Shown piece after piece: positions 27,201 to 34,249 of a stretch of 64,000 nucleotides of DNA. Source of the DNA: Octopus bimaculoides (taxonomy: Eukaryota); assembly GCF_001194135.2 (NCBI RefSeq), contig NC_069004.1, positions 31,536,775 through 31,600,774 of the forward strand, written 5' to 3'. How positions within the stretch are numbered: position 1 is the first letter of the stretch; each line of letters opens with the position of its first letter. Position numbers and translations under genes: made by a program. The notes under the pieces were generated by a model that was not told the DNA's origin, ran no database searches, and saw only the letters and a list, made by a program, of their open reading frames with translations.

Positions 27201-30200
27201 AAATGCTTAGCAGTATTTCGTCTGCAGTTACATTTTGAGTTCAAATTCCGCTGAGGTTGACTTTGCCTTTCATCCTTTCGGGGTTGATTTAAATAAGTAC
27301 CAGTTACACACTGGGGTCGATGTAATCGACTTAATACCTTTGTCTGTCCTTGTTTGTCCCCTCTATGTTTAGCCCCTTGTGGACAACAAAGAAATAAGAA
27401 TCGTTAGCACGCCGGGCGAAATGCTTAGTGGTATTTCGCTCATCTTTACGTTCTGAGTTCAAATTCTGCCGAGGTTGACTTTGCCTTTCATCCTCTCGAG
27501 ACCGATTAGAAAAGTACCAGTTACGCACTGCCTGAAACAGCCCTTGGTTCTATGATACAAATTCTGACTTAAAGTGATCTAAATTAAAATCTTCCATCAA
27601 AATTTCATGTTAATTTGTGTTCCAAACATAAATGTAAATTAACACCAGTTTAATAATGACATGGTTATTTTACTAAATTCTTCAAAATTTTCAAAATCAA
27701 TTCAAATAAAGGCAGTGGATTTCAACAAGAATATGGCAACAAAAAGATGATCTAAATTAAAACTATCCATTAGAATTTTACGTTAATTTATGTTCCAAAA
27801 ACCAGCTAAATAATGACAAATTAATTTTATTAAATTCTTTATTATTTTCAAAATTAGTTGAAACAAAGCAGTGTATTTCAATAGAAATATGGTAACAAAA
27901 GGATTCCATCAAAATGACCAGGTTATTTTACGAAATTCTTCATTATTTCCAAAATGAATCAAAATAATGTATTTTCACGGAAGTATGGTAACAAAGGGAT
28001 TAAAGTGATCTAAATTATAGCCTATCAAAATTTTGTTAATATGTCCCAAACATCAGCTTAATGATGACAAAGTTGTTTTAAAGAATTTTTCCTTATTTTC
28101 AAAATTAATTGAAACAAAAGCAATGTGTTTCAACAGGAATATGGCAGCAAAGGTTTTGGATTCGGTTGAGGTTTTGCTTACCTCCCAAGCAGGAACTCTT
28201 TCTCGAAATTTCTCATTTACCATTATGATGATGGAGATTAAATGACTTTTGGTAGCCTGGGGTGAGAAAGTGAAAGAAAACTGGTGAGATCATTCATGGT
28301 TTACATTAGAGGCTGAAATAAAACTATCACAGCACAGCATGCACACCACAGCACAACATATCCTACTTCATTCTATCAAATGTACTTTCCCCAGGTTATT
28401 AAGTAGTCTCTGTACAATATACACTCCAACACACATACTACAACATACGCACTAAAATATACAATACCATCAAACTATACATACCGTTTCAGGATTATAG
28501 TTAGGCCAGAGATAACATTCCAGATATTGACTGAAAGTAAAAAAAATATTATTATATTAAAATACAACAGGTACTGATATTATTAATATTATCATCATTA
28601 TTATTATTGAGTGAGAGAGCAGCACAGGTCATCAAAGTAACACTGGGGTGCAAAAAGATGAAGCTCGGTATACCCATCATGACCACCCATCTGATAAGGG
28701 TACACCAGGCACATACATCACAACCATATGCGGGTGACATGGTGATCTCATATCAAGATAAACAGCACATGACTTTGCAGGTGGGGCCCAGTTAGGATTT
28801 TCTTCAGGTCGAGTAGCCCATCCCACTCAAAAGGTCCCTGAATAAGGTTTGTTTAACGATAATGAACGAAACATCCATGTTTCCAGAGGTGAATTATCTA
28901 AACCTCAAAGAAATCCTCGACACATGGCTATGATGCTCCCCCACTACTCCTGTTTGTGATCAGGGATGCACATATCGTCAGCCACTAAGGGACATGCTCA
29001 ACTGGTTAAGGTCAAACAACTGACAAGCAAATCTGTGGTACTGAGCAGAATGTTTGCTGAAGCCCATCTTTTATACCAAGAGAAAACAATGTACATAACA
29101 TTTCCAATTAGTTAAGATCAAAAGCCTATTATTATTATTACTAGCTGGCTCCATGCCGTCAAAAATGACAACTAATTGTAGTATTTTATATATAAATATG
29201 GATGGTAAATCAAATTAATACACTTGTCAAAGTGGCTGGGTTCCTTTCATGTGTTGGGCCTCATGGAGGCAAAGTGGCTTGTCAAACCCCTTGTCAATTT
29301 TGGTCAAAAACGATTCATAGCCGATTTCTCAAAACAATTATCGAAGAGTGGAAAATGGCTAAACTTACCTGAATTCAAGGACCACAATTCTTCGGATCGA
29401 AAATCTGGGAAAAGTAAAAAGAAATGAAAACAAGATTAATTCAGACTTGGAAATTTGATAACAAAATAACAAATAAAATGGAACATCTAATCCTTCAATA
29501 TTCTTAGGTGGAGAATATCAACTTGAGAGATTAGTGTTTGACCCAGAGGGGAGATTTCATGGTGTAGACATAGCTGTGTGGTTAAGAAGCTTGCTTTGCA
29601 ACCTTGGGGTTTTGAGTTCAGTCCCACTCAGCAGCACCTTGGGCAAGTGTTTTATAGTCTTATACTATAGCTGTGCACCGACCAATGACTTGTGAGTGAA
29701 TTTGCAAGATGGAAACTGAAAGAAGCCCATTGTGTGTGCCAAAATTTGAAACCATTAATATTATTATTATTATTTTTTTTTTTTTCTAACATTGAAACAA
29801 AGGGCCAGAAATTTAAGTGGATGAATTTAGTCACCGTTATTAATTTTTGAAGAGTGAAAAGCAAAGTTGACCCCTCTAACAGGGTTTACCACTGAGGATG
29901 TAAAGGGGACGTAACTTAACACCACAAGGCATTATGTTAGATGCTCCACCAATTCTGTTGCTCAGTGTTAGCTATGATAAACTGATTACTTACTTTGTGG
30001 CAAGGATTTCCTTTTCATAAATATCTTCAATGACCTACAGAAAGAGAAATGTGGAATATAGTTTGTGAAATACATAATGGAATTTATGAATGTGGAATAT
30101 AATTTATGAAATGTATACTACAATGCATGAAATGTGGAATATAGACTATGAAACAGTGGTTTGGTAAAAGGGAAAAAGCTCAACCACAACTGAGAAGGGA

Positions 30201-31353
30201 ACTTCATGGGAAAAAGGTTCTTCTCTCTATCTGGTGAGATTGCAAAGGAGTAATTCACTTTGAATTGTTACCACCTAATGCAACAATCAATGCTCACGTC
30301 TACTGTCAGCAATTAGAGTGCTTGAACCAAGAAAAAAAGACCTTTAGTGAATCGAAAAGGAGTGATGTTTCATCAGGACAATGTGAGACACCACACTGCA
30401 AAGATCACATCACAGAAGATCGAAGAGCTTGGTTGGGAAAAAATTCCTCATCCACCTTATTCTCCCGACCTTGCCCCTTCAGACTACCATTTGTTTCGTA
30501 GTTTACAGAATCATTTGGAGGACATAACTTTCGCAAGTCTGGAGGAGGTCGAAACTGACATTTCAGAGTTCTTCACTTTGAAACCAAAAGAGTTTTACAT
30601 TGATGGGATTAAAAAAGTTTGTAAATAGATGGAAGGAAGTCATAGATAATCAGGGGAAAATACATTGATGATTAAATTTCAATTAAATATAACATTTGAT
30701 CACTTGTTTTCTTTATTCAAAATTCGGACAGAACTTATGGGATGACCTGATACATACACATACATAAATACACACACACACATATATGACAGATTTCTTT
30801 CAGTTTCTGTCAACCAAATCGACTCACAAGGCTTAGGCCGGCCCAGTGCTATAGTAGGAAATACATAACCCAGTGGGACTGAACCCAGAAGCATGTGGTT
30901 AAGAAGCAAGCTTCTTACCACACAGCCACACCTGCACCTATAAACATGTAATAATGAAACGAATGATGAATTAGTAAAGCACCCTCTCAAATTGGGTGGC
31001 CTTGGGACACAGCTTGTGGGGGTTAGTACTTGATTTTCTTACCTTTGGTTTGAATGCTTTCCTTTCCAATGAATACGGGGACCAAAACTGGTTTGCCAAC
31101 TGTAAACAGAAAATGAAAAGAATCAATGTTTATGTATTTGCAGGAGGCACAACAGGTTTGGAATCAAGGGTAATAATTCAGTACCCTTAATGCTTAAAAT
31201 AGTTTCAAGTGTCTATCAACCCCTCAGNNNNNNNNNNNNNNNNNNNNNNNNNNNNNNNNNNNNNNNNTGAAATAAAGCACATACCTGTGTGATGACATCT
31301 TCTTGAATCTGTTCAACTGTGGGAGCTGGGCCTTTCCCACCAGAAGCTGCCAT
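890..31353 (-). CDS. AQR: Aquarius intron-binding spliceosomal RNA helicase, gene span (33 coding exons found; 3' end outside window)
   Basis: Exons join in consistent phase with GT-AG ends and follow recalled human AQR colinearly, including Walker A GPPGTGKT, motif [16 protein letters not shown] and TTYNGQK. Confidence 0.98.
1822..1993 (-). CDS. AQR: AQR exon 32 ([18 protein letters not shown]...[11 protein letters not shown])
   Basis: 172 nt, contains the LYNWRY and GVGESEPNP motifs. Confidence 0.98.
2116..2311 (+). mobile_element. SINE family A, 5' half, cut by gap
   Basis: Same core as the other family A copies, in the opposite orientation to 503-848. Confidence 0.85.
2771..2822 (-). 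CDS. AQR: AQR exon 31, partial ([17 protein letters not shown]...), runs into gap
   Basis: Acceptor tttcag; the remainder is presumably in the N run at 2312-2770. Confidence 0.95.
2957..3185. mobile_element. piggyBac-type MITE (TTAA-CCTTTAGCA...CTAAAAGG-TTAA); further copies near 8030-8200, 8400-9000, 11300-11480, 31603-31800, 39385-39505
   Basis: TTAA termini with CC(C)TT TIR starts, and repeated several times in the window. Confidence 0.6.
4132..4203 (-). CDS. AQR: AQR exon 30 ([24 protein letters not shown]), helicase motif II
   Basis: 72 nt, absent from the ORF track and read directly from the reverse strand. Confidence 0.98.
4250..4880 (-). mobile_element. Head-to-tail cluster of about 3 SINE family B copies with (AAT/AAC)n spacers
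   Basis: Repeated GGCAGAATCGTTAGCA...CTGAGTTCAAATT...GTCGACTTTGCCTTTCATCC on the minus strand. Confidence 0.8.
5172..5309 (-). CDS. AQR: AQR exon 29 ([46 protein letters not shown])
   Basis: 138 nt, contains [15 protein letters not shown]. Confidence 0.98.
5900..6055 (-). CDS. AQR: AQR exon 28 ([25 protein letters not shown]...[14 protein letters not shown])
   Basis: 156 nt, contains [14 protein letters not shown]. Confidence 0.96.
6962..7015 (-). CDS. AQR: AQR exon 27 ([18 protein letters not shown])
   Basis: 54 nt, matches V.SRWEE; weak donor AAG|GTTGGT. Confidence 0.88.
7807..7942 (-). CDS. AQR: AQR exon 26 ([15 protein letters not shown]...[13 protein letters not shown])
   Basis: 136 nt, contains the GRVNYVL and YTCETAGYF motifs. 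Confidence 0.97.
8504..8905 (-). mobile_element. SINE family A, full-length young copy nested in a piggyBac-type MITE
   Basis: Complete head to tail with CpGs retained; MITE halves lie on both sides (about 8400-8495 and 8908-9000). Confidence 0.85.
9260..9369 (-). CDS. AQR: AQR exon 25 ([36 protein letters not shown])
   Basis: 110 nt; weak donor AG|GTCTGA, which is required by phase. Confidence 0.96.
9590..9990 (-). mobile_element. RTE-clade LINE 3' fragment; others at 12360-12500, 16660-16890 (plus), 22170-22410, 24810-25160 (plus), 38330-38870
   Basis: Translates to [15 protein letters not shown]...[29 protein letters not shown]. Confidence 0.85.
10357..10537 (-). CDS. AQR: AQR exon 24 ([38 protein letters not shown]...THSNQ)
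   Basis: 181 nt containing the Q motif and Walker A. Confidence 0.98.
10748..10882 (-). CDS. AQR: AQR exon 23 (LTMMADSSS...[15 protein letters not shown])
   Basis: 135 nt, contains IPNRGPY; phase 2 at both ends fits neighbours. Confidence 0.92.
11602..11736 (-). CDS. AQR: AQR exon 22 ([16 protein letters not shown]...QPPF)
   Basis: 135 nt, contains MPNQI.TLD.NDTFL. Confidence 0.95.
12565..12734 (-). CDS. AQR: AQR exon 21 ([37 protein letters not shown]...HYS)
   Basis: 170 nt with the invariant [17 protein letters not shown]. Confidence 0.98.
13183..13398. mobile_element. Mariner-type MITE (same family as 284-495)
   Basis: TIRs GAGGGGGTG..CAAAGTTCCTGG / CCAGGAACTTTTCAACACCCCTC, and internal sequence similar to the first copy. 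Confidence 0.7.
13684..13790 (-). CDS. AQR: AQR exon 20 ([35 protein letters not shown])
   Basis: 107 nt, contains [10 protein letters not shown]. Confidence 0.97.
13920..14087 (-). CDS. AQR: AQR exon 19 ([14 protein letters not shown]...[19 protein letters not shown])
   Basis: 168 nt, contains the LRKHDV and YVRGCEI motifs. Confidence 0.97.
14127..14500. repeat. 62-bp direct repeats (14127-14188 and 14439-14500) bracketing a 250-bp tRNA-containing insert
   Basis: AAGTTAAAGAAGTGATTTTAAATTCTCAATCGCAGGATAATGCTAAT...AGCCTGAACA occurs twice with 2 mismatches. Confidence 0.9.
14226..14302 (-). pseudogene. tRNA-like sequence (degenerate tRNA or SINE head)
   Basis: A box TAGCTCATTCGG, D arm GCTC/GAGC, anticodon-like arm CCGCGA-CGCGTAA-TCACGG and T arm TGAG-TTCGAGT-CTCA. 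The acceptor stem pairs only partially. Confidence 0.6.
14614..14713 (-). CDS. AQR: AQR exon 18 ([33 protein letters not shown])
   Basis: 100 nt, contains VAKP.IGE..P..VRAD. Confidence 0.96.
15271..15324 (-). CDS. AQR: AQR exon 17, partial ([18 protein letters not shown]...), cut by a 10-N gap
   Basis: Contains the [10 protein letters not shown] motif; the 3' end and donor are lost in the gap at 15261-15270. Confidence 0.93.
16304..16352 (-). CDS. AQR: AQR exon 16 ([16 protein letters not shown])
   Basis: 49 nt, acceptor tttccag, donor TG|GTAATA. Confidence 0.95.
17266..17358 (-). CDS. AQR: AQR exon 15 ([30 protein letters not shown])
   Basis: 93 nt, near-invariant AQR motif. Confidence 0.97.
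18070..18190 (-). CDS. AQR: AQR exon 14 ([10 protein letters not shown]...[23 protein letters not shown])
   Basis: 121 nt with the highly conserved [18 protein letters not shown] motif. Confidence 0.97.
19178..19280 (-). CDS. AQR: AQR exon 13 ([16 protein letters not shown]...EFLLELL)
   Basis: 103 nt, ends EFLLELL, phase fits. Confidence 0.92.
19575..19980 (+). mobile_element. Possible 5' end of an RTE-type LINE (5' UTR and decayed AP-endonuclease start)
   Basis: GAGCTATGC...GTAGGGCGACCCAGGGCAGATAGGTC resembles recalled RTE/BovB 5' UTRs, and IIAWN follows downstream. This is weak. Confidence 0.35.
20040..20230 (+). mobile_element. Restriction-like-endonuclease region of an R4/Dong-type non-LTR retrotransposon, frameshifted
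   Basis: Translates to [25 protein letters not shown] / [14 protein letters not shown] / [11 protein letters not shown], matching the ILWDF.IQTD...RPDI...LID..IP pattern. Confidence 0.7.
20340..20570 (+). mobile_element. CR1/Jockey-group LINE ORF2 C-terminal fragment
   Basis: Translates to [49 protein letters not shown], matching the G.QLFN.LP..LR...FK..LD.FL..IPD.P pattern. Confidence 0.7.
20772..20915 (+). mobile_element. Hammerhead-bearing short element (Penelope pLTR-like or retrozyme-like), copy 1
   Basis: About 90% identical by eye to the reverse complement of 31969-32113, with the same 3' terminus ...AGAACTGTA. Confidence 0.7.
20789..20834 (+). ncRNA. Minimal type I hammerhead ribozyme motif (slightly mutated copy) in a ~145-bp repeat
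   Basis: GACAC-CTGATGA-A-GGCTG(GAGGGTATAT)CAGCT-GAAA-TGTT-GTGTT, giving helix I GACAC/GTGTT, helix II GGCTG/CAGCT and the core CUGAUGA/GAAA. Confidence 0.7.
21101..21204 (-). CDS. AQR: AQR exon 12 ([34 protein letters not shown])
   Basis: 104 nt, contains DFA.ANVA..DTR..L.K.F; donor GTAGGA. Confidence 0.92.
22940..23053 (-). CDS. AQR: AQR exon 11 ([22 protein letters not shown]...ITALQ)
   Basis: 114 nt, contains LLDML..Y..FEINDQ.G.AL. Confidence 0.96.
23286..23464 (-). CDS. AQR: AQR exon 10 ([30 protein letters not shown]...GQ)
   Basis: 179 nt, contains [18 protein letters not shown]. Confidence 0.97.
23498..23765. repeat. 22-bp minisatellite (GGACTGGACAAAGGGGTAGATT)n, about 12 copies
   Basis: Directly visible periodicity. 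Confidence 0.9.
23800..24420. repeat. Long GA-rich purine tract and (GA)n
   Basis: About 600 bp almost entirely G/A on the plus strand; this is the source of the 497-aa S/L/F pseudo-ORF. Confidence 0.9.
24593..24770 (-). CDS. AQR: AQR exon 9 ([20 protein letters not shown]...EQIPET)
   Basis: 178 nt open in the required frame, acceptor caacag, donor GTACGT; phases fit both neighbours. Confidence 0.9.
25563..25645. repeat. 31-bp tandem repeat, about 2.7 copies
   Basis: Unit GTCATAGCAAA(A/G)ACTAATGTTATAACCTTAT. Confidence 0.9.
25730..25798 (-). CDS. AQR: AQR exon 8 ([23 protein letters not shown])
   Basis: 69 nt, acceptor gacag, donor GTAAGT. Confidence 0.95.
25935..26290 (+). mobile_element. 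SINE family A
   Basis: Head, core and CAGCATGGC..CAGTCAAATGAC.GAAACAAGTAAAA tail. Confidence 0.8.
26600..26734 (-). CDS. AQR: AQR exon 7 (AFQSKSENF...LIHCFNSL)
   Basis: 135 nt, contains FSL.EQ..LL.FL.HCFNSL, donor GTAAGT. Confidence 0.95.
27568..28155. repeat. Tandem array of about 4 diverged ~150-bp units of a dispersed AT-rich repeat
   Basis: Recurring GTGATCTAAATTA...AAATTCTT...GAAATATGG(T/C)AACAAA. Related single units occur at 5730-5855 (inverted) and 45940-46045. Confidence 0.75.
28182..28256 (-). CDS. AQR: AQR exon 6 ([25 protein letters not shown])
   Basis: 75 nt, contains [13 protein letters not shown], donor GTAAGC. Confidence 0.95.
28485..28530 (-). CDS. AQR: AQR exon 5 ([15 protein letters not shown])
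   Basis: 46 nt, acceptor actttcag, donor GTATGT; matches QYLENYLW. Confidence 0.92.
29369..29404 (-). CDS. AQR: AQR exon 4 ([12 protein letters not shown]), 36-nt small exon
   Basis: Acceptor ttcccag, donor AG|GTAAGT; matches FAIRKIMLLEFS. Confidence 0.92.
29994..30034 (-). CDS. AQR: AQR exon 3 ([13 protein letters not shown])
   Basis: 41 nt, acceptor ctgtag, donor GTAAGT; near-identical to [10 protein letters not shown]. Confidence 0.93.
30150..30750 (+). mobile_element. Mariner (DD34D) transposase 3' half with right TIR, decayed, in AQR intron 2
   Basis: Translates to [22 protein letters not shown]...FHQDN..HTA...[23 protein letters not shown], with a stop and frameshifts. Confidence 0.92.
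31043..31099 (-). CDS. AQR: AQR exon 2 ([19 protein letters not shown])
   Basis: 57 nt, acceptor tttacag, donor AAG|GTAAGA; resembles LACKYWAP. Confidence 0.9.
31285..31353 (-). CDS. AQR: AQR coding exon 1 ([23 protein letters not shown])
   Basis: The ATG sits 1 nt after a ttattccag acceptor and the donor is CAG|GTATGT. APTVxQI...TQ matches the AQR N-terminus. Confidence 0.9.
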
Positions 31354-31968
31354 CCTGGAATAAAAGTAAAACAAAACTTCATTTTAGTTTGGTAAAAACC
31401 CTCACAAATTAAATCAAAGACTTTATTTACAATTGCAGCGTGGAAGGTGTTTATAAGCCATTTAAAATAACACACAAAAACCGTTAGATTCACTTTGTCA
31501 TTTAAATTTAATTTGTCAAAATATTTTCGTCGCTTTGAGACCGTGACCTGTTCACTGACAAAATTCCGTGATGTTTCTAGAATTTAAAAATGATGAATCC
31601 ATTTAATCCATTGGCATACAAGTCACCCATGTCTGATCCAAATATTCTTCCAGTTTTATATTCAAACTGTCCAGATCCAGCCTCTCACACCTACCCTACA
31701 TTGTCATTAACATCTTGAGGATAATTGCATGAATAATCCAAAACAATGTGAATAAATACGCATTACATTTGGCAGAGTAATCTGAAGGCTAAAGGGTTAA
31801 ACTGCTGCTTAACTTGAAGTGTAGTTTGCTGTTAAGTTGGTTAAGGAAGTCAAGTTTTACCATCATCCTCATCAGCATCATCTCTTAATGTCCATCTTCC
31901 ATACTAGCATGGTTTGGATAGTTTCTCAACATCCAATGTGTTATGTTGGCTCTGTACCGATTAGATAA

Positions 31969-32131
31969 TACAGTTCTAAATCTAAGAGATGAGGAATTAT
32001 GTACATTATTTACATTTGACAGATATTTGTCCTCATCTTGTTTGTTGTTAACACAACGTTTCGGCTGATATACCCTCCAGCCTTCATCAGATATCTTGGG
32101 GGAAATTTCGAACCTAGGTTCTCATTCCTAG
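31969..32131 (-). mobile_element. Hammerhead-bearing short element, copy 2
   Basis: Same family as 20772-20915 and about 18 nt longer at the 5' end. Confidence 0.7.
32050..32095 (-). ncRNA. Minimal type I hammerhead ribozyme motif in a ~165-bp repeat
   Basis: GATAT-CTGATGA-A-GGCTG(GAGGGTATAT)CAGCC-GAAA-CGTT-GTGTT, with intact core, perfect helix II, palindromic AACGTT helix III and a wobble-paired helix I. Confidence 0.75.
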
Positions 32132-32530
32132 GGCGTCTCAGAACATTCAGAATGTGAATGTTCCGAGGCCTCTCCACCCCCGTTCGCGAGCGCGCGTTTT
32201 TTTCTTCATATTCGTTCGCAGCAAGTTGTTTTACACCTATTAGAATATTTTATTTTTTTAATTTCCTACCGGGTCCAACCCTTTAGTTTGACCAAAAGCA
32301 CACGGTATACTCTGTAAAGTGGTTGGCGTTAGGAAGGGCATCCAGCAATAGAAACCTTACCAAAGCAGACAGCACGGATCGATGCACTCTTCCGATCTGC
32401 CAGTTCCTATGGAACCGTCCAACCCATGCCTGCCTGGAAAATGGACGGTAAATGATGTGCTCATGTCTAAGTATTTATGCAAGTATGTATGTTATGTGTG
32501 TGCATGTATTCATGTATGTATAGGCGAATT

Positions 32531-32697
32531 GGCGATCTTACGTTACCAGTTCCAAAGCTGTCACTTAAGTGACACATATATACACGCATACATATACACT
32601 AACCCCACATACTAACCCTAACACTCTAGTGAAGATCGTGCGGATGTTAATCTGAAAGTCTAAGTGACATCTTTGGAACTGGTAACGTAAGATCGCC
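32531..32697. mobile_element. MITE with 37-bp TIRs and 8-bp TSD (Merlin-like, alternatively hAT)
   Basis: TIR GGCGATCTTACGTTACCAGTTCCAAAG(C/A)TGTCACTTA at both ends with 1 mismatch, and GGCGAATT duplicated at 32523-32530 and 32698-32705. Confidence 0.85.
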
Positions 32698-32988
32698 GGC
32701 GAATTTGCAGAAAGGTTAGAGCAACGGACAGAATCGTTGCTATATTGGTTCCAGTTTTTACGTTCCGAGTTCGAGTCCCATATGACACAGGTACCAAGCC
32801 TGTAGTGGGGGAAACTTTCATGAACGGGGAACTGGAACTCTGCCACAAGAAGAAAACTGTACCAAGTTCTCAAAGAAACCACAAAGTCCAGTGACACACA
32901 CACACATTTACATACATACAATTACATGAATATAAATGTTGAAGTAAGGACACAATTAAACCTTTTGCGATCAATCAATTATACATAC

Positions 32989-33110
32989 CTCGATATATCT
33001 GTAACTGTTCGACTATATATATATTTATCTCTGTTTATATATGAGTATATGTATAAAAACTAACTAAAACCGGGCAAAACGAATAATTCGTAAACACCAC
33101 GCTCCACACA
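32989..33110 (-). other. AQR: Candidate non-coding first exon of AQR (5' boundary approximate)
   Basis: The AQR ATG exon begins with an acceptor, so an upstream exon is required. A GAG|GTATGT donor at 32989/32988 lies just downstream of a promoter-like motif cluster. Confidence 0.45.
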
Positions 33111-33290
33111 AAGCGGAAGTTATCGACTGCGCATGACGCTGCAAACCGGTGTCAATGAAATTGCCTTTTGCGAGTTCCTAGTAACATAAAAGGCCATAAT
33201 AAGAATCACGGAAATGTCTTTCTGCCAGATTGGCGAGAGTCGTTGGTTATATAAGGACACAGATCGTGTCGTATAGCCAGCTGGAGACGA
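33090..33290. promoter_or_regulatory. Candidate AQR housekeeping promoter
   Basis: Non-repetitive CpG-containing patch with an ETS site GCGGAAGT (33113-33120), NRF1-like TGCGCATG (33128-33135), CGGAAAT (about 33209-33215) and a CCAAT box (GATTGG 33228-33233). Confidence 0.55.
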
Positions 33291-33390
33291 TGTCTCCTGG
33301 GGCTAAATTACAGTAACAATCGTCCTAAACCAGGACTGCCATGTTATGTTGGCAAACAATCTTTACTCCAAAGTACTGTTGCTGAGTGGA

Positions 33391-33741
33391 AGCGCAATGG
33401 CCCAGTGGTTAGGGCAGCGGACTCGCGGTCGTAGGATCGCCGTTTCGATTCCCAGACCGGGTGTTGTGAGTGTTTATTGAGCGAAAACACCTAAAGCTCC
33501 ACGAGGCTCCAGCAGCGGATGATGCTGAACCCTGCTGTACTCTTTCACCACAACTTTCTCTCACTCTTTCTTCCTGCTTCTGTTGTGCCTGTAATTCAAA
33601 GGGTCAGCTTTGTCACACTGTGTCACGCTGAATCTCCCCGAGAACTACATTAAGGGTACACGTGTCTGTGGAGTGCTCAGCCACTTGCACGTTAATTTCA
33701 CGAGCAGGCTGTTCCGTTGATCGGATCAACTAGAACCCTCG
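33391..33741 (+). mobile_element. tRNA-headed SINE family C, CpG-rich young copy
   Basis: A box TGGCCCAGTGG and B box GTTTCGATTCC, followed by a ~280-nt body. Confidence 0.65.
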
Positions 33742-34249
33742 ACAATAACTTGCTGAATATCTCTCGTTGTGAGATTTAAAAATAGTAATTTTCTAATATA
33801 ATAATTGTTTGTTTTTGAGTCGGTCATATTGCTGACTTTTGTATATACTCCATTAACTCTTTGGATATTACATATTTTGTCCCTGAGATTGTCAGACTTT
33901 TTCTGGTATACCTGCAGATGTGTCTCCACTCCGACTTTGTTTTCTCATAACCTTCAGAAAAATAGCTATTTTTAAATGAAATTTTCTACGAAATACCTTT
34001 CAGATGTTGTAGATTATAATTATATCGGAATATAATGTGAAAAAGAAAACAAAATAATAATCGGTGGTTGCTCGCACATACAATCTGAGACACATCACAT
34101 TTTTTTTTTTTTTCAACATTTCAAGTTTTATTCTGTAGATGTACATGAGATAGGTGTCAGTATTTATGTGTGTGCGCCTATATTTTAAAAAAATTTACAT
34201 TTAAATTACAATATAATCGTAATGTACACCATCTGAAAGGTGTTTGTAA

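Noticed and set aside
890-31353. U12-type introns or intronic C/D snoRNAs in AQR
   Set aside because: No donor matches RTATCCTT. The TGATGA/CTGA pairs I saw were within ATG microsatellites and lacked terminal stems. A snoRNA covariance search was not possible.
33726-33929. 67-aa minus-strand ORF as the last exon of the DUF4062 gene
   Set aside because: There is no convincing pyrimidine tract at the candidate acceptor and no recognisable similarity. It cannot be excluded, but it is unsupported.
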